DNA from: Heptranchias perlo | Taxonomy: Eukaryota | Reading direction: 5' to 3' | Assembly (NCBI RefSeq): GCF_035084215.1 | Contig: NC_090355.1 | Location: 27,528,001 to 27,592,000 of the forward strand | DNA: 64,000 bases | The notes under the pieces: model-generated | The model's input: only the letters and a program-made list of their open reading frames with translations | Told to the model about the DNA's origin: nothing | Database searches by the model: none | Shown here: in pieces, positions 46,889-57,245 of the stretch | Numbering within the stretch: the first letter of the stretch is position 1 | Layout of the letters: each line of letters starts with the position of its first letter | Translations under genes and position numbers: made by a program

Positions 46889-49060
46889 CCTGTTTGCAGT
46901 AACAGCGAAATACTGCAAATTCTGAAGGAATCCAATGTCTTGTGGTATGGAGGTTAGGTTATTGTGACTCAAATCTAAGTACCGCAACTTGCGGCAATAG
47001 AAGAGCTGAGCGGGAATCTTTTCAATTTTGTTCCGGTTCAGGTAGAGCCTTTCCAAGTTGGTCAAAGTGCCAATCTGAATGGGGATATAGGCAATGTGGT
47101 TATACCACAGCTTAAGGCAGACTAGGCGCCGTAGGTGCTGGAAGCTGATGATTTCCTCGATTGTCTTCAAGTTGTTGTCCTTGAGATCGATCTCCTGCAA
47201 ATTATGGAGACTAAAGATTGAGTGTGGGATTCGTTCCAAGTCACAACGAATCAACTCCAATTCTGTCAGATTAACCATCTTCTTTAGACTATTGAGGACC
47301 ATAAGCTTGGTGCCCTCATTGTTGATAGACAATTTCTGCAGATGGACTCCAACATCCGTGACTACCTGTGGCAACTTAGTTAGGTTGCTCTTCAACCTTA
47401 AAACTTTGAGGCATTTGAGTTCCCGCAAGCCATCAATCACAATGTAGCGATTGTTCTCTGCACTCAGATTCCCAGTTAGGTGAAGCTCTTCAAGGTTCTT
47501 CAAGCTGTAGATCCACAGAGGAATCTCTTTGATGTCTGTAAACTTAATATGTAGTGACTTCAGGTGTTCTCGTAAGAAGGCAAGAGCTGGTGCCTCAATC
47601 TTTGCTGGTGTGTGATACAACCAGAGTTCTTTGAGGTTGGTAAGTTGGGCAATGATCGGAGGAATGGTGACATCCAGGATCATCTCCAGTTTGAGCACTT
47701 CTAGCTCAGTCAGGTCAAAGATGGTGTCTGGGATTCCACTCAGCATGAAAAGGTGGAGTTCCAGTTTGTCCTGAGAGTTTTTCATGATCCTCTGCCGGAG
47801 TTTCTCCAGGGTCCATTCATTATTCAGATTGAGCTGGCGTAATTTGTTCTCACTGACCTCAGATAGAAAGACAGCAAAACGCTTAGAGTACAACGGATCG
47901 TACTGATCAATCAGGTGCAACATGAAAGCAAAATCATTCTTGACATCGGGAATGTCACTGTAGCTGCTCTCTTCCCGAATGGACTCGAATGAATACTTTT
48001 TCAGAGAACGCCGTAGCATCCACCAGAGTGTGTACATGCAGATGAGTCCATAGACAATCACTAAACTAATGTAAAAGGATGCAAGGATCTTGAACAGTGT
48101 AGCTAATGGATGAGCGCACTGATACACACGGTATCCTGTGAGGTTCTGAATGTCCACTATACAGGACACATCAAATTTTATATCGTCAACATAATAAAGT
48201 GAATAACTAATAATAAGAGCAAATTTGATTACTTTGATAATAGTCTGTCTCATGTAGAGTTGGTAAACTATATCCCCTTCTTCTACATGGGTGCGGAATT
48301 TCTTTACTTTTTCAAACAGGGCTTTAGCTTGCTCTCCCTCCTTCTTATCCAGTACACCTGTTTCCGAGCGATCAACTATTCCCTGTTCGATGCGAGATTT
48401 TGTTCTTTGCAGCATAGGTACGCTGGCCTCCACGTCCTCACTCACTGAGGAGGATTTCTTCACCATTGAGCCATTCATTTTAACAAATGACTGTTTTGGG
48501 TCGCTCTCCTCCACCACAGTTTCAGATAGCGCCCGTGTTGTCCATGGTGAGTCAAAACATTTCAGAAGGATGGATACAAAGTGTTCCAGCTTTGAGCTGG
48601 TCCGAGGATATTTGAACCAGAAATTGCTACACACTAAGAACACCAGTGTGTGCAGAAGTACAAGGTATGGGAAGTATTTTGCAAACCAGTGAAGTTTATT
48701 CTCATAGCATACTGCATCCACATAGTTGTACTGGTGCCGGTCCAAGTCATACTGGATACCCGTGGGTTCACTGGAAAATGGGGGAAGGACTGAAGATGGT
48801 GGGAGGGATGTATTTGGGTATGCAGTGGTTGGGGGCTCTGTGGGTTGTGGCTGTACAGGTTCAACACACGTATTGTTGATAACCCACTTGCAGGGTAAAC
48901 AAATCATTTTGTCCTGTGTGACTTGCAATGTGCCACCAAACACTGCTATCATAAGCATTACGATGGAGATGTAGTCCGTAAACACGTCCCACCATGGCTT
49001 CAAGATGCGGTAAGCAGGCTGGGTGTCAGCAAAATATCGTAGTTCTGTTACCGGAATCAT
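46889..49060 (-). CDS. LRRC8A: LRRC8A (SWELL1) main coding exon, obligatory VRAC subunit
   Basis: MIPVTELRYFADTQPAYRILKPWWDVFTDYIS...YDLDRHQYNYVDAVCYE...VTANR then gtgagt. 724 codons, acceptor 7 nt before the ATG, 815 aa in total with the last exon. Confidence 0.98.
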
Positions 49061-50512
49061 CACGCACCTGGAAATTAACAGAGAAATAAGTCACGGCGGA
49101 TAACATGCACCTAAGATAGCGTTCTCACTAGGATCACAGTAAAGGATAATGGTGGGCACCTTAAATTTTTGCACTGCATGCACTCAGCAACACAATTATA
49201 GATTTTACCTTCCAAACTTGGCTTACGTCTGTCTGGAGAGACTATTCTTAACTATATAGGGTGAAGTACTAATGACTACAGGTCTGTCACAGGTGGTGGT
49301 GCTAGTGGGAGCAAATTGAGATGATGAATTAAGATCATATAAGTAGAATATCAAACATTAATGAATATAGTGTATCTCTGAGGCTTGCTCATGATAGGTT
49401 GGAGATATGTCATTTTATAAAGACAGGAGCATCATGCCAGGTAATGCACAATGTATTATTCTCAGGAGCAGTGTGTAATTTACATGTTCATTTATGGCAG
49501 GGGGTGTCCACCCTTTTGGCGCAGAGGTTGGACCAGAACCATGTGCCACAATAAGCGGGTAACCCACATGTTTTTGAGTCAGGCACAATCATGATTAAGT
49601 ATCAGGTCCAACACAATCACCTTTTTCAATAAAACATTTCCACGTTAATTGGAGCATGACTCACAAGCATTTAAATAAAATACTTCCAAAAATCATAGGA
49701 TTTGTAGTTGTTGGCAACACAGTGTGCAGTGCTCCCCATTGATACTCATTAAAAAGAAACATACGCCCAAATGTAAAAAGAAATCACCCATTCATTAAAA
49801 AAAAATCAAACACTCTTAAACAGGAATTCAAACCACATAGATAAAATTTCAAATTCCAGGCAAAATTGCCACCCTGGGCTTTGTTTCTCCTTTTGCTGGC
49901 TGGTGCTCGTTGTGTTCTATATCCCAGATTCAGCTGACAAAATCTACTTCCCAACATAGTCTGGTCTTCTTTGCCGCTGTCAGCTGTCGTCCATCAACTG
50001 CTCTGGATTGTTCCAGTGCAGCCCACTTCCACTGCCATCTCTTATCTCTACCGATATCTGCTCCCCGAAGCGATGAAAAGCTTTTTGAACCCTTGTGGCC
50101 AAACAATAAAGGCTGTCCCTTGATTAGGCTAAATCTATCATTGAAGAAGCAGGTGTTGCCAATCCTCCAGGGTCAGGAAATCAAAAAGCTGAAGCCAGCA
50201 GCGGAAGACACTTATGAGCACCAGCATGCAAAGAGAAACCAACCCGAACAGGGCTTCGAGGAATGGTAATAGGAGCTTGGCTGTGTCTTGGGCACACTAT
50301 CTTTAAGGCCTTCTTGGGTCAATTGGAGCTAATTCTAGGTTGGTCTTCAGTTTAAGGACAGGTTAAACCAGCTTTTTAAAATTAAAAAGAAAAACAATGT
50401 GGCTCCTAACGTCAATTTGAAGGCAAAAAGGTTTCTCTGCATATTGGAAATTATTAGCTCCACCCCACTCCAAGTGTCACACATAAAGAAGTATGACAGA
50501 TACATCTGAATA

Positions 50513-50638
50513 ATTAGGGTAGAGTTTCCGTGAGGCTTCTCCAATCTCGGAGAAATGCATAAATAGGCATTTCTGCTGATCTTCCACCAAAGTTACTGCG
50601 GGAGATCTGGAGAATCCCCATGGAAATTATACCTAATA
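50513..50638. mobile_element. Degenerate short MITE-like inverted-repeat element
   Basis: ATTAGGGTAGAGTTTCC...TTCTCCA and TGGAGAA...GGAAATTATACCTAAT form imperfect inverted arms. Confidence 0.4.
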
Positions 50639-51389
50639 TATATCTTTACACAAGTGTGAACTTCCTGTCTGCCACATTTTAAACATCAGATATTGTCTGA
50701 TGCAAAATTTCTGAACCATACTTAAAAATGATAAAAGGAACAAGGGCAGTGATTTACATTTGCAGAAAAACTCTCCAGAAAGAAAGCGATAATGTCTGCA
50801 GGCTCATAATTGACCTTCACACAAACAAGGTGACTAATCTTTGAATGAACTTACACAGTGTTTAGTCATCAATATGCTTCATAGCCTTAAGGGGACACAC
50901 ACAGTAGCACTATAATAAATTGCACGTTACATGGTATATTGGCGCATCCTCTGAATTTCCATCAGCAGAAAATATTTAAAAATATATAAAACATAATGAA
51001 GGGAATTCATTTCAGGATTTTTTTTCGACCAAGAGTTCAAAATTTGCAAGCACCTTCCAAATTGAAAACTTCCCGTACAAAATAGCAATTAACCTCTGAC
51101 TTACAGCATGTAAACTTTGCAACTTGATGGGACACTACTAGTCTATCCATTATATATTAAAAACATATGTTTGTCATTTACCCACCCTTTTTAAAGTCTA
51201 CCTACCGCCTTCACACCCCCCCCTCCCCAAAGAGTGAGCATGCACCTGCCCCTTAGCTCTCTACTAATGTTGCTTTGTAAATATGCATTAAATGCCTTGG
51301 CGCAGAGACTCTCAAACCTTTTTCTTGAGCACCCCTCCCCCTTCGGAGAATCATGCCCCATGCGCACCCCATTCTTTAAAAAAAAAAGT

Positions 51390-51526
51390 GGGGGTGAAAT
51401 TAGTCTTAGTCAGTAGTGCGAAAAGGGCATTAACAAACTGGCTAGAAAATGAGGTGCGATGTATAACGGGCTGCTGATTTGCTATGAGCTCGTTTCGCAC
51501 TACTGGTGAAAACCAATTTCATCCCC
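51390..51526. mobile_element. Short MITE-like inverted-repeat element
   Basis: GGGGTGAAATT...CAGTAGTGCGAAA and TTTCGCACTACTG...AATTTCATCCCC. Confidence 0.55.
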
Positions 51527-51689
51527 GTATTTTTGCATAGAACAAGAGGGTTATATTTTCTCAGCTAATATAACATATTGCTTAAGGCAGAAAGTAACAA
51601 ATAGTACAGTACCAGTAGTATGCAACGGAGTAAACTTGAACATAAAAGAACACTTGATGACTCACCCTTGTCTTAGCGAGTACGATGAG

Positions 51690-52700
51690 CCTGTTTGCTA
51701 GCGCACAATTTGTGGAATCTCTGTATAATTTTGGAGAGTTTCAAACTCAAATCAGTCTCCACATTCAAGCTGTTTCTATACTTGTTTTTTTATGTAAATA
51801 AGTGAAGAAAAACCCACTTCACATAGATACGTTGAGGCAAAGTGGACATGAATTTCAAGGGATTTTTAGGACAACTCAGAGAACTCTTTTTGCATTGAGA
51901 GCTGTAACTGATCAAGAGGCATGACGTTGAAATTGTCTCTCAAAACAGAATCACCAACAACGTCGATCAAATTCTCTTTTAGACTCACTGCACTCATGGC
52001 CTTTGCTACGAAGTCTTCTGAAAATGAATTTCAAAGCCAGGTGAAATCCTGCAATTCATTTACCTCTCTTCCAGGAAAATATTTGTTGAATTTTGTGCAA
52101 AGTTGAGGCAAATGCTCCAGAATTACATCTTGAACTTCTAGGACCGACATTTCGCAGTCCATAATAACAGAAGATAATGTTGGGAACACAGCAGTTACAT
52201 TGTCTTACAACACATAGCTACTCCATAGCAAATGTTTTTGGCAAGGCTTTGTACTTTTCTGTGCACAATGCCAATGTTACAACTCTTACCTTGCAAAGAA
52301 ACACTGAGTTCATTGAGCCTGTTAAATATGTCGCTCAAATAGCCCAGTAAAACCAGGAAGAGCTGGTCTAGAGGGTGATGGTGAAATGGTGATTCAGAGT
52401 CAATCAAAAATATGCGGCTCTCCTCCCCGAGTTCGCAGGTTCTTGCGAAAACTTTATCACAAGACAGCCATTGACCTTCTTTGATTACCTTCATCTGTCC
52501 TTTCAGTTGGAAGAGCTTTTGTTTGAAAAAATCTTGTGGTTTACCTTTTAGGGCAGGATGTTTGGTCTCCAAGTGGTGTTTTAGTTTGCTTGGTTTCATG
52601 CTATCCTGAGCAAGAACTTCAGCACAAACAACAAATTACGGTTGACAATTCTCGCCAGACCAGTAAATGTGAATCCCAAGCCCAAGTATGGAAGACCATA
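51690..52700 (-). mobile_element. Decayed, internally deleted hAT (Charlie/Buster/SPIN-type) transposase
   Basis: CAEVLAQDSMKPSKLKHHLETKH zinc-finger region, WLS motif, YLSDIFNRLNELSVSLQG, and the dimerisation motif FASTYLCEVGFSSL at about 51800-51841. Confidence 0.85.
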
Positions 52701-52835
52701 ATTCCTTTTTAACCTGGCTCAACTTGTTACTTACACTGGATCAACATCCACAACATTACATTTCAAAAAACACTCCGTTCTTTCACGAACACCAAACGTC
52801 ACAGTCACGTTCGCTATATAGCATGTTGCAGAGTA

Positions 52836-54039
52836 ACATCATGTACAAAACCAACAATAAGTCCTGTGAGCAGCACAAAATTTAGAAGCACCAATATATG
52901 GAAAGCTCTGTACTGTGCACCAGAAGCAGCTCTGATGGGTCCAACTCTCGCTTCTAGAAACCTGTGGGAATTTAGACATCTTGGTGCTGAGATTGCCCTA
53001 TACGAGTCTGCCCGGTATATACTTTTTCTCTGCATTTAAACTTAAATTTGCTCAGTTTCTTTAAAATTTAAGGAAATTCGTCCTCTGGTTATGAGAGGTT
53101 GCATCGGTGGCTCCTCTTCTCGGCCAGCCTGTCCTCCTCACTCCAGCTTGCCTCACTCGATAACCTTATCGTGCCCCCCAGATTGGGAAGTTCTGCTTTG
53201 GGCAGTCTACCTGCCCATTTACCCTTCTGCCCTGTGGGGTTGCCCACCAGATCACCCATTTGGGATTATGAACATAATGAACAAGAAAATCAATGTGCAC
53301 CTTGTGTGGCAAAGTGCACTGATGTGTTAAAGGTGCTGTGCAAGTGCAAGCGGTTAGCACCTGCTATTCCATATGGCTGCCTCTATCTTTTAATACAATT
53401 AATCTCTACGATTCCCTCTGATTGTTTTTTTAAAACAGCGTTTTCTCTCACCCCCTCCCTAGGTTGAGCTTATTATTCCCAAGAGAGCTGGGATAGGATC
53501 CAGTTATGAGATCAAGAGGTCAGCAGGCCTAGCAACAAGAGGAGAGCCTGATTAGCATCTATGAATAAAAATGAGTCATATAAACACTACGAGGAAGAAA
53601 TACAAATTTACAAGCCTCCACGTCCTACAAAAAACACAGTTGTTTATAAAGCCATTCAATATGAATTAAAACTACTTTGGGTCCAGGCTTTTCTTTTTGA
53701 ACATTAACCCTCTACCTAGCCTTAGAGTAAACATAAGTTTACTGCACAATATCTTATCTTGAATAGCAATACCAATCTTAAGCACAGGTAGATAACTCGT
53801 GCTATGCCTTTAGTAGGATTATGGCAATTTGGGACAAAGCTGGTGTCTGGATCACCTGAAGCTGTTTGGATGGTTCACAGCTTGTTTACTGCCCATGAAT
53901 GCTGACCTGTCTCACTGCATTGACGAGCAGCGCGCAAGTGCAGATCACCAAAACAACGCAAAGACATCATATTCAATACCAACAATAAGTCCTGTGAGCA
54001 GTACAAAATTTAGAGGCACCAATATATGAAAAGCTCTGT
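52836..54039 (+). repeat. Direct repeat pair of 62-76 bp (core 52850-52911 and 53978-54039) bracketing about 1.07 kb
   Basis: ACCAACAATAAGTCCTGTGAGCAG(C/T)ACAAAATTTAGA(A/G)GCACCAATATATG(G/A)AAAGCTCTGT, 3 mismatches in 62 nt. Confidence 0.85.
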
Positions 54040-55399
54040 CTGATGTACTTCCAGTTACATCTGTTTATATTTAATAATAACTCAGATCCAGAGAAACTGT
54101 AGGCTTTACAGTCCAATCAAGTACCTATGTTAATAGGCAAATAATTTTACTTTTGAAGTAATAATCAGATCAGAGGGCCTCCTACTTAAAAATGGTTGGA
54201 GCGATCTTCGTACACACTTCACCTTCCTCATTCAGATAGTTCTTTCGCTGTTTGATGTACTTTTATCTTCTCCCAGGTGAACTTGCCCTGTACATCTTGC
54301 ACTATGTCTTGTGCCAATGCTATCATCAACTACAACCAACTTGAACATTCAATAAAAACTCTCCATCACACAGCTCCAGGTTTCTCTTTTGGTCTAATCA
54401 GATAATGGATAGACATACCAGTAGTCACATAGCAGTGTTAAAAAAGGTGTATAGGGAGAGGGTCTGTACCTAGGCAGGGATCTGTGGTGAATCTCCACAG
54501 AGAAAAAGAGACATCGACTGGCTGGTTAACTACTATATTCTGTAAGTGTGGTTGCTCTATTACAGCATGTGTATACATGTCTCTGACTGCAGCCTCTGTT
54601 CTTCCAACTCTGGTCTACAGTGCATCGCTCCTTCCCTCCACTCTACCATCAGTAGCAGAACCTTCAGCCAACTAGCTCCCACATTCTAGAACTCTCTGCC
54701 TAAACCCCTTTGCTTGCTAATTTTACCCAACTTAAAATCTCTCCTTAAACTTGACAGCTTTTGGTCACCTCCCACTCCTACTCCTTATTTTGAAATCAGA
54801 GTGTATGCAAAACAGTTAGGAGAGAGAAAGACTTAAACTTGAAACTACAATGATTCAGGTTAGAATAGCCCAGCATAGGAGAGGGGGACAACCTCCAAGA
54901 CCAGACCAGCCAAGGAGCAGCTAATTGTCCTGTTAGGGAGAAATAAACTTTAATGTAGCCTAATATTTGTCCAATGGAGAAACTGAAAACAAAAGTTATG
55001 TACACTTAAAAATTTAAAAACACTTTAAAATACTTTAAGTAGTTGATCCTTTAACAGTATAAAATGGTGGATAAGTAATGCATTACTTTAAATGATTCGA
55101 TATTGTGAATTAAATACTTGTACTCTGCTCCTCAGTCTTTAATACTACACCAAATCCTCCTTGTACATAACCCAAATGGACATAAGGGTTCAAGTCCAAA
55201 CTTGTTTCCAGCAACATAGTCAACTTCTTACATGCGCGGCTTGATGCACTACATACTCCACTGTCATTTTTAAATTGAGAATTATTTTTTGCGCCCCTCT
55301 TTCGCCATTCTCATGTCACACAGCATTCTTTGACCGAGGTTGACAGGCAACCTACCCCCAAGCTTCTGTTAATCCTGCTTCTGTCACCAACTACTGGTA

Positions 55400-56180
55400 G
55401 CTCTACCTCACCACCACCTCCATCAACCCCTCCACTATTTCTAATTAGTCACATTGCTTGTCCGACATTCATTACTGGACGAGCAAAAATTTCCTCCAAC
55501 TGAATATTGGCAAGACTGAAGCCATTGCCTTCAGTCCCCACCACAAACTCCGTTCCCTAGCCACTGACTCCATCCCTCTCCCTGGCCGCTGTCTGAGGCC
55601 GAACCGGACCTTTCATAACCTTGGCGTCTTATTTGACCCTGAGATGAGCTTCCGACCACATAGCCACTCCATCATCAAAGACCGCCTATTTCCATCTCCG
55701 TAACATTGCCCATCTCTGCCCCTGCCTCAGCTAATCTGCTGCTGAAACCCTCATTCATGCCAATGTTACTTCTAGACTTGACTATTCCAATGCTCTCCTG
55801 GCCAGCCTCCCATCTTCCATCCTCCATAAATTTGAGCTCATTGAAAACTCTCTGTAACCTCCTCCAGCCCTCTGAGATCCCTGCGCTCCTCCAATTCTGG
55901 CCTCTTGCGCATCTCCAATTTTAATCGCTCCACCATTGGCAGGTGTGCCTTCAGCAGCCAAGGCCTTACGATCTGGAATACCCTCCCTAAATCTCTCCGC
56001 CTGTCTCTCCTCCTTTAACACGCTCCTTAAAACCTAACTCTTTGACCAAGCTTTTGGTCACTTGTTCTAATATCTCCTTATGCGGCTCAGTGTCAAATTT
56101 TGCTTGATGACACTCCTGAGAAGTGCCTTGGGACGTTTTACTACGTTAAAGGCACTATATTAATGCAAGTTGTTGTTGTT
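55400..56180 (+). mobile_element. L2-clade LINE 3' fragment
   Basis: NFLQLNIGKTEAI...NLGVLFDPEMSF. Tail homologous to 25213-25928, ending ATGCAAGTTGTTGTTGTTG. Confidence 0.88.
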
Positions 56181-56249
56181 GTACTGGGAAGTCAACTAGG
56201 GCAGCCAAGAATCACTCTCAGGAGTACTGTGACTTCCCTCAACCAAGAG

Positions 56250-56695
56250 AGGTCAGTTTGACTCGTTTGGTGGAAGTTTGCACCCGAGTCAGAAGGTTAT
56301 GATATTCCACATCCAGTTTTGAGTACATAATCTAGGCTGACACTCTAGTGAAGTACTGAGGGGGTGCTGCATTGTCAGAGATGCCATTCTTTGGATGAGA
56401 CATTAAAGCAAATTCCTGTAGTTTATGTGGATGTTAAAAGATTCCATGGTACTATTTGAAGAAAAGAACGGAATTCTCCTGATGTTCTAGCCAATATTCC
56501 TTCCTAGCCCAACATCATCAAAACATATTAACTGGTCATTCATCTGTGTTTTTTGGAATCTTACTATGCAAATTGGCTGCTGCAATTGCCTACATTCCAA
56601 CAGTCACTCCACTTAAAAAGTAATTCATTGTATGTGAAGCACTTTGGGGTGTCTTGGCAGAAGTCTTAAGATGCCAAAATACAAGTCTTTCTTTC
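56250..56695 (+). mobile_element. tRNA-headed Deu-domain-type SINE
   Basis: Collinear with 11086-11524 (CCCGAGTCAGAAGG, GATGAGACATTAAA, AAATTGGCTGCTGCA, GTGAAGCACTTTGGG). Confidence 0.7.
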
Positions 56696-57026
56696 ATGTT
56701 TTACTTTCTTTCCTTTGCTTGCCTTTTCAAGACCATGGGGAATTGTGGGTTTATCACGCCACAATGAAACACATGAAGCTACCTGAAGTGGCCACACCAT
56801 AGCTTAAGATATTAAAGATACTGTTCCAAAAAAATAGTTTCAAGTGGCAGGAGGAATTCCAGGATGTAGCAATAGAATTTGGTAATGAGGTCATGCCCTT
56901 ATGAATATTTTAATTTAATCTGAATATTAGAGTGCAACTTACACAGGTGTTTGACCTAGTGACTGAATTGCACAGAAATTAGAAATCCACAACAAGGTAC
57001 ATTCTGACTATAACATGGATATTAAA

Positions 57027-57245
57027 GGGGGATTTGTCAGTCCAGTGGATCAGACATAGGCCTTTCACCTCTGAGACCTGTGTTCAAATCCAGTCCTGGC
57101 TGATGGGATGAAAATCTCCTGTCTGCAAGGGTCCCATGTGAAAGCAATCCTAAGCGGTCTCAGCCCACAGCACAACACAGTTCAGTGTTAATTAGCAATG
57201 TTACTCACGAAGACGACAACTGGGGTGGGAAGTGGAAAAATGGAG
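57027..57245 (+). mobile_element. Old SINE with LF-SINE-like head
   Basis: GCCTTTCACCTCTGAGACCTGTGTTCAAATCCAG...ATGTGAAA resembles the LF-SINE 5' region as I recall it. A second copy lies at 33575-33875. Confidence 0.5.

Noticed and set aside
52195-52599. Domesticated ZBED/SCAND3-like gene
   Set aside because: Large internal deletion, stops and frameshifts indicate a decayed transposon.
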